Source: a candidate division WOR-3 bacterium
GTDB taxonomy: Bacteria > Hydrothermota > 32-111
DNA length: 64,000 nt
Reading direction: 5' to 3'
Assembly (NCBI GenBank): GCA_037481815.1
Contig: JBBFKX010000002.1
Location: 352,001 to 416,000, forward strand
In this document: positions 19,295 through 30,155 of the stretch, piece after piece
Layout of the letters: every line of letters begins with the position of its first letter
Position numbering within the stretch: position 1 is the first letter of the stretch
The notes under the pieces: generated by a model
What the model saw: only the letters and a program-made list of their open reading frames with translations
Databases searched by the model: none
What the model was told of the DNA's origin: nothing
Made by a program: the position numbers and the translations under genes

Positions 19295-20086
19295 ATGGAA
19301 GAAAAAAAGAAAAATCAGTTCAACAAAATAAAACACAAAATTTTGATTTTAAGTGGCAAAGGTGGTGTTGGAAAAAGTACTGTTTCAGTTAACATATCAT
19401 CTACTCTTAAAAGTTTGGGATATAAGGTCGGACTTCTCGATATCGATCTACATGGTCCTTCGATTTCAAAAATGGTTGGTGTTGAAGATAGAAGAATTGA
19501 ACTGGATGATAACAACCTTATGAAACCTGTACTTACTGAAGGTGGAATCAAAACTTTATCTTTATCGATGCTTGTTGAGAAATCTGATTCTCCGATCATC
19601 TGGAGAGGACCTTTGAAGATCAAGGCGATTCAGCAATTTTTCGATGATGTAAACTGGGGAGAACTCGATTTTTTGATAATAGATTCTCCTCCTGGAACTG
19701 GTGATGAACCTTTAACTATTCTACAACAGATCGAAGGTGTAACAGGAGTTGTAATTGTCACAACACCACAGGAAGTTTCTACATCCGATGTTGCAAGATC
19801 TATAAATTTTGTAAAAATGGTTGGTGGAGAAATTCTTGGGTTAATCGAAAACATGTCATATTTTGTCTGTCCGGTATGTAAAACTCAACATAAAATTTTT
19901 GGAGAAGGTGGAGGTGAAAGGTTGGCAAAACGGTACAATATCGATAACTTTGTAAAGATCCCTTTAGATAAAGAACTAGTTGAACTTTCTGACTCTGGTA
20001 AACCCTATGTTGAAACTTATCCTGACTCAGAGATCTACAAAATTTTTGAGAATTTCATAAAAAATATGATCACAAAAATCGAATGA
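19295..20086 (+). CDS. mrp: Mrp/ApbC/NBP35 Fe-S cluster carrier ATPase
   Basis: SGKGGVGKST, DIDLHGPS, WRGP, DSPPGTGD, ENMSYFVCPVC. ATG 19295 after AAAGGAG. Confidence 0.93.
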   Translation: MEEKKKNQFNKIKHKILILSGKGGVGKSTVSVNISSTLKSLGYKVGLLDIDLHGPSISKMVGVEDRRIELDDNNLMKPVLTEGGIKTLSLSMLVEKSDSPIIWRGPLKIKAIQQFFDDVNWGELDFLIIDSPPGTGDEPLTILQQIEGVTGVVIVTTPQEVSTSDVARSINFVKMVGGEILGLIENMSYFVCPVCKTQHKIFGEGGGERLAKRYNIDNFVKIPLDKELVELSDSGKPYVETYPDSEIYKIFENFIKNMITKIE

Positions 20087-20140
20087 TTTTTGTTGACTTT
20101 CATATTCTTCTTCAATATATTTTTATTTGAAGGAGGAGTT

Positions 20141-22030
20141 ATGGATTTTAAAAAATCTTTTTTTATTTTTTTGTTTATTGTAATATCAACCTTTTCAATT
20201 TTTTCAGCACCATCGATGCAGTTGAACTCAGGATACATTCATTCTCTTGATGCTATATTAAAAGAACAGAGGTTGAATCTCGGTTTCCATTTTTACGGGT
20301 CATCAAGAGATTTTCAAATACCTTACATATCAACCATTGACGGTGATACACATTACAGTTGGGATACTTATGCTTTTGCAACTCTCGCATACGGAATAGG
20401 TTATTCCTTTACAAACTGGCTTGAGGTAAACATCTATTCAACAGCACATCTTGATGCTATCGATACTCCTGAAGCGGCGGGAAGAGTTGACGAAAACACG
20501 AACTATGCAAGTTACGGTTTTGGTGATACTGAGGTTGGTTTGAAACTGACAACAGGTGGTATATTTGGTGCTACAAAAAATGCAGATTTCGGTGTATATT
20601 GTTTTTATAGATTATCAACAGGTGATACCTATGATACCTTAAAAGACAATTCATCATCGTTTTCGATAGATTATATAAAAAATCATGGTGGAATTTTCAG
20701 ACATTTTACAACGAACAGTCAGGATTTTGGAGTGAAACTTTTGATTTCCTTTATCACTTCAACACAGGTTCCGTTAGCGATAAATTTGAATGGTGGTTAC
20801 ACAAAGTTCAACGATCTTCCTTCATCGATTTCAAATCCTGTAATGTTTGATTATTCAGGATCATTCTCGATCAAATTCGGATCATTCATCCCATTTTTTG
20901 AAATCTATGGCAACAAATATATGTTCAACAACATAAATGATGGCCGCCTTGTCCACAATTTAACTGGTGGTGTGAGATTTGATACACCGATAGGTCTTGT
21001 AATAGATCTTGGAGCGGATTATAGGATATCAAAATTCGTTCCCGATTTAAAACCAACATTAAACGGTATCTCAGATGTTCTATTTTTGAATGATGGATGG
21101 GAAGGAACACCAGATTGGAAAGTGTTTTTCGGTTTAACATACTATTATGATTTCAAAAAAGAGGAAATCAAAAAAGAGGAACCTAAAACACTTATAACTG
21201 GAAAAATAATAGATGGTGAGAGTGGAAAACCTCTGTCGGCGATCATAACCTTACCTGGATATTCTGAAACATTACAGATAGTTACAGATTCAACAGGAAT
21301 TTATTCTATTGAAGTAAAACCGGGCAGTATTAGAATAAAGGTTGAAAGAGAAGGATACAAATGGCAGGAGAAGGGAATAATCATTGAAAAAGGACAAACA
21401 AAGATAGTGGACTTTGCTCTGAACAAAAAGGTTGTTGCACAGGGAATATTAACTGGAACTGTTAAAGACAAATCAACAGGAGAAAATATTAAAGCAACAT
21501 TATCATTCCCTCAGACCGATATCCCCTCATTTACACCTGATCCACAGACAGGTGTTTACAGGATCAGTTTGAATCCAGGTACTTATACTCTTGCGGCAAC
21601 ACTTGATGGATATGTAACCTATGTACAACCTATCGTCATAGAAGCAGATAAAACTCTGATCTTAAATATAGAGATGCTCAAAAAAGGTGGAAAGATAACT
21701 TTAAGAGGAATAAACTTTGAATCTGGAAAAGCAACTATTCTTCCTGAGTCATATCCTATACTTGATGAAGCTGTTAAACTTCTCAACGACAATCCGAAGG
21801 TTAGAATTGAGGTTCAGGGTCATACAGATTCTGTTGGAAGTGATAGTGCAAACCTTGTTCTATCACAGGCAAGGGCTGAAGCGGTTCGAAACTATTTGAT
21901 CATGAAAGGTATAGATCCTGCAAGAATAGTTGCAAAAGGTTTTGGTGAACTTATGCCTGTCGCTGATAATGCAACAAAAGAAGGTAGGGCAAAAAATAGA
22001 AGAATAGAGTTCTTGATACTTGGAGAATAG
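20141..22030 (+). CDS. OmpA-family protein: N-terminal barrel-like region, two carboxypeptidase-regulatory-like domains, OmpA C-domain
   Basis: INFESGKA, GHTDSVG, NLVLSQARAEAV, NRRIEF. ATG 20141 after AGGAGG; promoter TTGACT-17-TATATT at 20093-20121. Confidence 0.9.
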   Translation: MDFKKSFFIFLFIVISTFSIFSAPSMQLNSGYIHSLDAILKEQRLNLGFHFYGSSRDFQIPYISTIDGDTHYSWDTYAFATLAYGIGYSFTNWLEVNIYSTAHLDAIDTPEAAGRVDENTNYASYGFGDTEVGLKLTTGGIFGATKNADFGVYCFYRLSTGDTYDTLKDNSSSFSIDYIKNHGGIFRHFTTNSQDFGVKLLISFITSTQVPLAINLNGGYTKFNDLPSSISNPVMFDYSGSFSIKFGSFIPFFEIYGNKYMFNNINDGRLVHNLTGGVRFDTPIGLVIDLGADYRISKFVPDLKPTLNGISDVLFLNDGWEGTPDWKVFFGLTYYYDFKKEEIKKEEPKTLITGKIIDGESGKPLSAIITLPGYSETLQIVTDSTGIYSIEVKPGSIRIKVEREGYKWQEKGIIIEKGQTKIVDFALNKKVVAQGILTGTVKDKSTGENIKATLSFPQTDIPSFTPDPQTGVYRISLNPGTYTLAATLDGYVTYVQPIVIEADKTLILNIEMLKKGGKITLRGINFESGKATILPESYPILDEAVKLLNDNPKVRIEVQGHTDSVGSDSANLVLSQARAEAVRNYLIMKGIDPARIVAKGFGELMPVADNATKEGRAKNRRIEFLILGE

Positions 22031-22039
22031 AAGGATAAT

Positions 22040-23329
22040 TTAAAAGTAATCTTTGAAATTTTTGATCATCTTTTTCATGTTCTTGTGCTGAACAAGTAGT
22101 TGCTTAACCATAGCAACACTTGTTCCGCTTCCTTTTGCGATCCTTTTAACTCTGCTTTTATTGTTTAAAAGTTCTGGATTTCTTCTTTCCTCTTTTGTCA
22201 TCGAATTTATTATCGCTTCCACTTTTTTAATGTTTTCTTCTTCAATACCGGTAAGTTTAATTCTGTTTCCAACACCTGGAATCATTTTTATGATATCTCC
22301 AAGAGGTCCCATTTTTTTTAACTGTTTGATCTGGTTTAAGTAATCCTCAAAATCGAATTTTCCTTCCTTCAATTTTTTTTCGATCTCTTTTGCTTCCTCT
22401 TCTTTTATTAAACTTTCAGTTTTTTCAACGAGTGTTACTATATCTCCCATCCCAAGCAATCTTGAAACAAATCTTTCAGGATAAAATTTTTCTATATTGT
22501 CTATATGTTCACCATTACAGATGAATTTTATTGGTTTTTCCACACTTTTTACTATAGATAACGCAGCACCACCTTTTTGATCACCATCCATCTTTGTCAG
22601 AATTATACCTGTTATGTTTATGGTTTCATTAAAGATCTTTGCACTGTTAACAGCATCCTGTCCCGTCAAAGAATCCCCAACAAAAAGTTTCTCACAAGGT
22701 TTAAATTTCTGATCAATAATTTTTAGTTCTTGCATCAGGTCATCATCAACATGTAATCTTCCAGCAGTATCAAGGATAAGTGTATCAAAACTATTTCTAT
22801 GAGCAAATTCTAAAGCATCATTTATCCTTTTTATAAGATCGGTTTCATTCGTTTCAAAAAAACTTAAAGAGTTTTTTGCTGATAGTTGTTTGAGTTGATC
22901 ATAGGCAGCAGGTCTTTTAATATCACATGGAACAAGTAAAGGTTTTCTACCAATACCCTGAAAAAGTTTTGCAAGTTTTCCCGATGTTGTTGTCTTTCCA
23001 CTACCCTGAAGTCCAACTAGTGCAACTACCGCTGGGTTACCTTTAAAGTTGATCTCTCTATCACCAGCAGAAAAAAGTTCAACGAGTTTGTCATTTACAC
23101 TTTTTATTATTATGTGTTCTGGCTTTAAAGATCTGTATACCTCTTTTCCAACAAGATCATCTTTCAGAAGGTTTACAAATTCGTTCACGATCTTATAGTT
23201 CACATCTGCTTCAAGGAGTAAAAGTTTTATCTCTCTCAAAGTCACATTAAGATCATCTTCTGTTACCTTCCCTTTATTTTTGATTTTGGAAAAAATGCTA
23301 GTAAACCTTTCAGTTATTTTTTCAAGCAT
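22040..23329 (-). CDS. ffh: Signal recognition particle protein
   Basis: LLEADV, GLQGSGKTT, DTAGR, TKMDGD, RLLGMGD, RIAKGSG. Confidence 0.96.
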   Translation of the reverse strand: MLEKITERFTSIFSKIKNKGKVTEDDLNVTLREIKLLLLEADVNYKIVNEFVNLLKDDLVGKEVYRSLKPEHIIIKSVNDKLVELFSAGDREINFKGNPAVVALVGLQGSGKTTTSGKLAKLFQGIGRKPLLVPCDIKRPAAYDQLKQLSAKNSLSFFETNETDLIKRINDALEFAHRNSFDTLILDTAGRLHVDDDLMQELKIIDQKFKPCEKLFVGDSLTGQDAVNSAKIFNETINITGIILTKMDGDQKGGAALSIVKSVEKPIKFICNGEHIDNIEKFYPERFVSRLLGMGDIVTLVEKTESLIKEEEAKEIEKKLKEGKFDFEDYLNQIKQLKKMGPLGDIIKMIPGVGNRIKLTGIEEENIKKVEAIINSMTKEERRNPELLNNKSRVKRIAKGSGTSVAMVKQLLVQHKNMKKMIKNFKDYF

Positions 23330-24254
23330 CTTTCAAAACTCCCGCACTTTTTAGAATCTCTTCAACCAAATCATCATATTTTATTCCATCATATTCCGCT
23401 TCCATAGGAAGATCGGAAAGATCCGTCATTCCCGGTATTGAATTCACTTCAAGTTCAAAAATTTTCATATTTCGATCTATGATATAGTCAACCCTTGCAA
23501 ACGATCTCATGTTTAAACTTTCAAATATTGTTTTTGTCCTTTCCATCAACGATTTTATTATTCTATTATCTACTTCAGGAGGTATTAGAAAATCGGTTTT
23601 TCCTTTAGTATATTTTGCTTCGTAATCATAAAATTTGTTCTTCGGTTTCAATTGCAAAGGTGTTAAAACTTTTGTTTTTCCTTTGTATTCTATTACTCCA
23701 ACTGTGACCTCTATTCCATCTTCAACATATTCTTCGATCAAAAAATCGTTAAATTTCAAAAAATTTTCTTTCAGACGATCCTTTACTTTATAACTCTCTT
23801 CTATAAATGTTCCAACCGATGATCCTCCAGTGTTGGGTTTTACGATGACTTTACTCTTAAAATGCTCTTCAACTATATTTTCATTATCGTTAAAAATTTT
23901 TTTATTCACATATATAGATTTCAAAACAGGTATATTGAGTGATTTCACCATCTGTTGAGTGAGATATTTGTTTATCGTTAAAGATGAAGGGATAACTCCA
24001 GAGCCAGTATACGGTATTTTAAGATATTCAAGGATACCCTGAACCAAACCATCCTCACCCGGTCTTCCATGCATTACATTGAACACCTTATCAAAACCTT
24101 TTAATTTTTCTATAAGATTTTCATCATATTCAACTTTTACAGCGTTATAACCCTTTCTTATCAAGGCATCATAAACTCTTTGTCCCGATCTTTTTGACAC
24201 CTCTCCTTCATTTGAAGGACCTCCAAAAAGAACAGCTATCTTTTCATCCATCAA
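23322..24254 (-). CDS. ddl: D-alanine--D-alanine ligase
   Basis: GGPSNEGEVS, HGRPGEDG, GSSVG, YDYEAKY, EVNSIPGMT. Confidence 0.94.
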   Translation of the reverse strand: MMDEKIAVLFGGPSNEGEVSKRSGQRVYDALIRKGYNAVKVEYDENLIEKLKGFDKVFNVMHGRPGEDGLVQGILEYLKIPYTGSGVIPSSLTINKYLTQQMVKSLNIPVLKSIYVNKKIFNDNENIVEEHFKSKVIVKPNTGGSSVGTFIEESYKVKDRLKENFLKFNDFLIEEYVEDGIEVTVGVIEYKGKTKVLTPLQLKPKNKFYDYEAKYTKGKTDFLIPPEVDNRIIKSLMERTKTIFESLNMRSFARVDYIIDRNMKIFELEVNSIPGMTDLSDLPMEAEYDGIKYDDLVEEILKSAGVLKDA

Positions 24255-25269
24255 GAATCTCCTTTAAAATTTTTGTCTTTTTAAAAAATTCAATTTTATA
24301 ATCTTTTCGATTTTTATCAAGCATTATAAATGTTATATATTTTTTTAACCTGTCATCTCTTATATCTACCTCTCCTGTAATAACAAAAATCTTTTTTTTC
24401 CATTCTATCGCCTTTTTAACTATTTCTCCATTTATTTTTCCTCTTAATGATTGAGCATCAAATTTTCCCTCGTTCAGTATCACGATATTGGTTCCTTTCA
24501 CAATTTTTTCGATCGATATCATTTTTGATAGAAAATCCCAACATCCAATATTTTTCCCACCAGCAAACCTTGTAAAAAATCCCAATCCCCCTCCACTTCC
24601 TAAAAATCTTTCACCAGCAACATTATACTTTTTGGCGACATAATCAAAAATCGATTTAAAGAATTTTATTTCTTCCTCCTTCACACCTTTCTGTTTTAAA
24701 TACAAAGATGCACCGATTTTACCATTGAGCGGAGAAACCACATCACAAACCGAAACAAGATTATTTAAAGTTATGCTCTTACTTGTCCTTTTAAAATCTA
24801 TCAAAATTTCAGTTTCTGGAAACTTTAAAACATCATAACCTAAAATCTCAAAAGAGCCCGATCCAAGATCAAAAGTCGTTGTTCCACCGATACCCAAAAA
24901 AATTTTTTTATATTTTTTATGAACTTTTTTTAAAATATATCCCATTCCCTTGCTACTTCTTAGTGCTGGTTTTTTAGATATATCCTTTATAGTTTCAAAA
25001 CCAATAATTTTTGCACTCTCAATGAAGAGATATTGATTATATTCAAGAGTTTCAACCTTTATTTTTTTTCCTTCAGGGGAAAAGGTTTCAAAAATTTTTA
25101 TTTTTGATGAAGGATATAAATATTTTATGAAATTTAAAAAACCGTCTCCACCATCAGAAATTGGAAAAATGAAATCATCCTTTGATTTAAAAAATCTCTT
25201 GTACAGATCAACCACATCATCGTTTGACAGTGTTCCTTTCAGAGAGTTTGCAAAAAAAACTTTTTTCAT
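24244..25269 (-). CDS. Glycerate kinase (GlxK family)
   Basis: NSLKGTLS, PISDGGDG, GIGGTTTFDLG, GSGGGLG, EGKFDAQSLRGK. Confidence 0.8.
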   Translation of the reverse strand: MKKVFFANSLKGTLSNDDVVDLYKRFFKSKDDFIFPISDGGDGFLNFIKYLYPSSKIKIFETFSPEGKKIKVETLEYNQYLFIESAKIIGFETIKDISKKPALRSSKGMGYILKKVHKKYKKIFLGIGGTTTFDLGSGSFEILGYDVLKFPETEILIDFKRTSKSITLNNLVSVCDVVSPLNGKIGASLYLKQKGVKEEEIKFFKSIFDYVAKKYNVAGERFLGSGGGLGFFTRFAGGKNIGCWDFLSKMISIEKIVKGTNIVILNEGKFDAQSLRGKINGEIVKKAIEWKKKIFVITGEVDIRDDRLKKYITFIMLDKNRKDYKIEFFKKTKILKEILDG

Positions 25270-27209
25270 TTTAGAAGTTTTTTAAGAAAGGTAACATTTC
25301 CAAACTGATCATAAACTTTAACCAATATTGAAAGTGTCCCATTTCCGTTAAAAGGTATATCTATTAAAAATTTTTCCTCTCTGTTATCATAAATCTGATC
25401 TACAGGTAATGCTTCTTTAAATTCACTTCCATTTGTTGAAACTTCCACTTTATCTATAAAACTTGATTCATCGTAAACTGAAAATTTTAAAATGTTGTTC
25501 TGAAATATATCATCTTTTATCTGTGGTGGAGTGTTGTCGATTAAAAATTCTTTCGATACTTTTTGATCATTTAAGAATTCTGTGTTATCTATCGAATCTG
25601 ATACAACCAATTTTATCTTGTAGTATCCGGTTGTAAAATTATCATAATTGAACACAAAATAATTATCCTCTATCTGTGAAACCAAGGGATATTCGTACTT
25701 ATCGTCCTGAAGAAATAAAGAATATGTCAATCTATCACTGTCTGGATCAAAACCTTCCCATTTTACAAAGATCTTTTTTTCAAAAATTTTAAAGATATTC
25801 TGTTCTTTTAAATCCTGATAAATTTTCTTTTTAAAACTCTTATCCATTTTTACATTCTGCGGCATCGCATAATCAGGCAAAATTCTTGGAGGGAAAACAT
25901 CTATATTTTTAATTTTTGGGATTTTATTCTCACCTTTATAGAAAATCTCTATTTTTTTAAAATTGTCTTGTTCATCGTTCAAAACAACTTTATACTGGAA
26001 ACATTTTGATTTCGGAAGTTCGTTATTATAACCACTGACCACCGGATAAAAACCTGTCCATGTATTATCAACCTCATAAGAATCCCCAAACCTGAAAAAA
26101 ACTTTTGCTTTTCCTGAAATCTCAGGATACACGGATGTTATCGATTTTTGAGAGTTGAAGTTAAAAACTTTTGAAAAAAATTCTCCTTTCCCATCATTTT
26201 CTTTTAACTTTACAATGGAAGGTTGTCCATCGTTTCCAATATATATATTCTCATCATCGATGTAAAGTGCAGTTGGAAATTCAAAATCAAAATTCCCGGC
26301 AAAAAATACATGGTTAAAATCAAAATAAAAGAAATTCGCTGGTTTAGAAAGAAAAATTAAAACACCATTTTTAAAACCTGACACCTGTGAAATATGTGTA
26401 TCAAAAGTGTAAATGGTATCGACCATATTTTTATCAATCGAAATTATATATGATTTATACTCCTGAAATATGGGATCTTCATTTTTCGAATTTTTTGAGT
26501 TAACAAAAACAAAGACCTTGTCATCCTTGAAATAAAAATCTCTCACCTCACTATCACTTGAAACAAAAATGTAGTCAGTTTTTCCATTCTCATAACTTAA
26601 GAGTTTTCCATCACCTTCTGTCGAAAAGAAAAGACGGTTCTTATATTTCTTCATCTGTAAACAGTTTTTATCGTTTACCTGAAAAAATTTTTCAAATTTA
26701 TCCTTTTTTAATTCAAAGATATTTTCACCTACAAGAGCATATATTTTGCCATCAATGTATACTATTCTGTTTATACTCTTATTTCCATCTTTAAAAAGTG
26801 TATCACATTTTTTCTTATCATCGATTCTAACAATTATTCCAGATGGTTCAATTGAAGCTAAAAAATTTTTTTTGTCTATAACAAATATATTTCTAACGAT
26901 TTCACCTTCTCTAAATTTCATAAATGTATCTCTACTCGATAAACTGTATATATATGAATTGCCTCCGGTTCCAACTATGATATCTTTGTCGAATCTTGAG
27001 ATTGAGAAAATTGGGTCAAAAACCCTGACTTCCAATTTTTCGAGTAAAAATCCTTTTTTCACGAAATTTTCAGATACCATAACACCATCTTGAACTTTTA
27101 AAGATTTTATATTCTCAAGTGGAGTATCAACTATTCTTCCTGTTTCAAGACCACTTAGTGTTAAAATAGATATAACAAAAATGTATAGAATACCAAAAAA
27201 TTTTTTCAT
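25266..27209 (-). CDS. Secreted hypothetical protein, probable beta-propeller plus Ig/FN3-like domains
   Basis: Signal peptide; repeated GT/STE-G strands; KWEGFDPDSDRLTY and IDNTPPQI motifs. Confidence 0.55.
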   Translation of the reverse strand: MKKFFGILYIFVISILTLSGLETGRIVDTPLENIKSLKVQDGVMVSENFVKKGFLLEKLEVRVFDPIFSISRFDKDIIVGTGGNSYIYSLSSRDTFMKFREGEIVRNIFVIDKKNFLASIEPSGIIVRIDDKKKCDTLFKDGNKSINRIVYIDGKIYALVGENIFELKKDKFEKFFQVNDKNCLQMKKYKNRLFFSTEGDGKLLSYENGKTDYIFVSSDSEVRDFYFKDDKVFVFVNSKNSKNEDPIFQEYKSYIISIDKNMVDTIYTFDTHISQVSGFKNGVLIFLSKPANFFYFDFNHVFFAGNFDFEFPTALYIDDENIYIGNDGQPSIVKLKENDGKGEFFSKVFNFNSQKSITSVYPEISGKAKVFFRFGDSYEVDNTWTGFYPVVSGYNNELPKSKCFQYKVVLNDEQDNFKKIEIFYKGENKIPKIKNIDVFPPRILPDYAMPQNVKMDKSFKKKIYQDLKEQNIFKIFEKKIFVKWEGFDPDSDRLTYSLFLQDDKYEYPLVSQIEDNYFVFNYDNFTTGYYKIKLVVSDSIDNTEFLNDQKVSKEFLIDNTPPQIKDDIFQNNILKFSVYDESSFIDKVEVSTNGSEFKEALPVDQIYDNREEKFLIDIPFNGNGTLSILVKVYDQFGNVTFLKKLLK

Positions 27210-27210
27210 T

Positions 27211-28854
27211 CTACCTCCACAATTTTAAAACTATACTTTTCGTACCTTTTATTACAAAATCTGTTGAGAATTTTTTCACTACCAGATTGTTACCGTTAAC
27301 CATCTTCTTCCCCATCATGAGTTGCTCTTTTACAAAAGATGTTGGATAGTTGAAAAATTCAAGGTTATTATCTATAAATCCTTTTTCAAAGGAAACCAAT
27401 CTTACTATTAAACTGTTCGATGGATTTATCTGATCTATTATGTTTTCCAGAGTTTCAATATCCTTAAAATCAAATTTTCCAGAACTTCTCGAACTTTCAA
27501 AATAGAGGTCATCTCCACCACCATTAACGGTAATCATTATTGAATCATCTTTTATGTTATCAGGTATTCTGATTTCTAACTCTTTTGTCAACATCTCTCT
27601 ATCATAACCTTTCAGTTTAATCAAAAGTCGCAAATTTTCTCCATTTCTATAATACTTTTTGTCAGTTATTATATCATCTATCATAAACACAAGATTCTGT
27701 TCAACAACATCAGATTCAATTTTTACAGAATCCATTCTGATCGTTCTATAAACATTGTTTGTATATGCTGTAAAAAGACCGGAGATATCAAAAAACATCT
27801 GTAAAAGTATATTGTCTCCTGAAAACATATTTTTATATTCAAAACTTTTTTTATTTGAACCAAACACCTCTATTTTATATTTAACAGAGAGGTTCCCACC
27901 AGATTTAAAATTTTTCGAGACAGTTGATAGAAAGGTCAACGGAAGATAATTTGAAATTATATCTTTATCGTTTACTATTGAAAAATTGTACATTTTCTGG
28001 TTAACTTTCATCCTGACTTTTACCATCTCAGATTTTTCACCACTAACCGCAAGAACTCCAAAGGTTCTATCCTGTTTCGCTTTTCCGACATTATCTTTCA
28101 GAGAAAATCCCATTTTAAACGAAATATCATTTTTAGGTAATATCGTATATATGTACGCTTCAGAAACAGGAAAATCAACCTCTCCTTTTAAAGTGAAAGG
28201 ATGACCTAACGAATAAATATTTTTTTGATCAACATAAGTAACGGTTCCTATGGCGGATGCTTCGAAATCTCCCTCGATAAGTTTTATCGCTATTGCTTTT
28301 CCAGGAACGAGTTCACTTTTTTTAGTACCTTTAATGTTAATATTGTTTCCACCGGAAATTATGGAATTTTTTGAAAAAATGTTTAACTTTTCTGCAAGAT
28401 CTATAACTTCGTTTGAAAATCCATAAAAAACTATTGGAACAGATATTTCTTTGAAATCAAAATCTTTTTTCTTGTCCTGATTTTCATAATTTTTTATCTC
28501 TACAATCCTTCTTATCGGGATAACACCACCTACAGGTTCTTTTAAATTATCCCAGGTATAACTCAAACTACCGGCAAGTTTTCCTTGAAAATAAACCGGG
28601 CTACCACTCATACCAGCTGCAACTCCCGTTTTTTCTATATTTTCTCCCGAACATTTTACAAGAATCATTTCCATATTCGAATCTCTCATAATATCGATTA
28701 TCTCAACCTCAAACGTGTCTATTTCTGTTCCATGAAAAACTGTTAAACAGTAACCCTTCATCCCAATTTTGAGATCGTTAAGATCGATAAATTCTTCTGC
28801 ACAGATAAAAACAAAAAATAATAGAGTCAGCACAAAAAAATATTTTTTCATCAT
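27211..28854 (-). CDS. SpoIVB-like peptidase S55 domain protein
   Basis: IGMKGYCLTVFHG, GVAAGMSGSPVY, IGTVTY, GHPF. Confidence 0.88.
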   Translation of the reverse strand: MMKKYFFVLTLLFFVFICAEEFIDLNDLKIGMKGYCLTVFHGTEIDTFEVEIIDIMRDSNMEMILVKCSGENIEKTGVAAGMSGSPVYFQGKLAGSLSYTWDNLKEPVGGVIPIRRIVEIKNYENQDKKKDFDFKEISVPIVFYGFSNEVIDLAEKLNIFSKNSIISGGNNINIKGTKKSELVPGKAIAIKLIEGDFEASAIGTVTYVDQKNIYSLGHPFTLKGEVDFPVSEAYIYTILPKNDISFKMGFSLKDNVGKAKQDRTFGVLAVSGEKSEMVKVRMKVNQKMYNFSIVNDKDIISNYLPLTFLSTVSKNFKSGGNLSVKYKIEVFGSNKKSFEYKNMFSGDNILLQMFFDISGLFTAYTNNVYRTIRMDSVKIESDVVEQNLVFMIDDIITDKKYYRNGENLRLLIKLKGYDREMLTKELEIRIPDNIKDDSIMITVNGGGDDLYFESSRSSGKFDFKDIETLENIIDQINPSNSLIVRLVSFEKGFIDNNLEFFNYPTSFVKEQLMMGKKMVNGNNLVVKKFSTDFVIKGTKSIVLKLWR

Positions 28855-30155
28855 ACTCCTTTTATATACTTTATCAGTTCTACTTTTTCAATATTTTCAT
28901 CACTTTCTTCTATCTTAAATGAATTCTTTAAAATCTCAACACTTTCCTGGTAATCATGGTTCCCAACAAAAACCTCAAAGATTATATCACCTTTTAAAAC
29001 TCTATCTCTTATTTTTTTATAAACTTTCAATCCAGTTTTATGATCGATATTATCCTCTTTTCTAAACCTTCCAGCATTAAGATGGATAAGTGCAATCCCA
29101 ATTTTATAAGTATCAAAGTAAGAAATATATCCATCTCTGTCTGAAACTATTTTAACAGAATTTTGATAGAAAAGATCATCACATTTTAATTTATCAAGTT
29201 TACCACCCTGAGCTGAAACTATTTTCAAAAAGGTTTCATAAGCGTATCCTTTTTTTATTACATCCTTTATTTTTTCAACTCTATCTTCACAACTTTTCCC
29301 AATACCATTCTTTTCCATCAAAAGAACAGCCATAGCTTTAACAAGTTTATAAACATCATTTTCAAGTTCACCTTTGAGAATTTTTATCGATTCATGAATT
29401 TCACATCCGTTTCCAGCGTATTCACCCAAAACCTGTGACATATCGGTTATAAGGTAAACCATCTTTTTATCAAACATCTCTCCTATTGACAACATATTGT
29501 CGGCTAATTTTTTTGCATCATCAAAATTTTTCATAAAAGCACCATTTCCACATTTAACATCAAGTATCAAAGAATCTATACCTTCTGCAAGTTTTTTGCT
29601 CATTATCGATGATGTTATAAGAGGTATCGACTCAACTGTTCCCGTTACATCTCTCAGTGAGTAGAGAAGTTTGTCTGCTGGAACAAAATTTTCTGTTTGT
29701 CCTCCAAAACCTCCACCGATTTTTTCAACCATATCATACATTTTTTCTTTACTCAAAAAAACATTCATTCCCTCTATAGATTCAAGTTTATCGAGTGTTC
29801 CTCCGGTATGTCCAAGCCCACGTCCTGAAACCATTGGAACTTTAAACCCAAGCGAAACAAGAACTGGAAGAAGCGGAATTGAAACTTTATCACCAACTCC
29901 ACCTGTTGAATGTTTGTCGACTTTTAATCCCTCAACATTTGAAAAATCATACTTATATCCTGAATCCATCATTATTTCGGTTAAAATTTTCGTTTCAAGA
30001 TCAGAAAAACCTTTTAAAAAACCTGCCATTAAAAATGCAGCAACCTGATAATCAGCAATTTTACCTTCAATGTAACCTTTTATAAAAAAGTTCAATTCAT
30101 CTTTTGTCAGTTCGTGTCCATCTCTTTTCTTTTTAATAATCTCCACAGGATTCAT
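28851..30155 (-). CDS. pdp: Pyrimidine-nucleoside/thymidine phosphorylase
   Basis: DKHSTGGVGDK, SGRGLGHTGGTLDKLESI, SIMSKKLAEG. Confidence 0.94.
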   Translation of the reverse strand: MNPVEIIKKKRDGHELTKDELNFFIKGYIEGKIADYQVAAFLMAGFLKGFSDLETKILTEIMMDSGYKYDFSNVEGLKVDKHSTGGVGDKVSIPLLPVLVSLGFKVPMVSGRGLGHTGGTLDKLESIEGMNVFLSKEKMYDMVEKIGGGFGGQTENFVPADKLLYSLRDVTGTVESIPLITSSIMSKKLAEGIDSLILDVKCGNGAFMKNFDDAKKLADNMLSIGEMFDKKMVYLITDMSQVLGEYAGNGCEIHESIKILKGELENDVYKLVKAMAVLLMEKNGIGKSCEDRVEKIKDVIKKGYAYETFLKIVSAQGGKLDKLKCDDLFYQNSVKIVSDRDGYISYFDTYKIGIALIHLNAGRFRKEDNIDHKTGLKVYKKIRDRVLKGDIIFEVFVGNHDYQESVEILKNSFKIEESDENIEKVELIKYIKGV

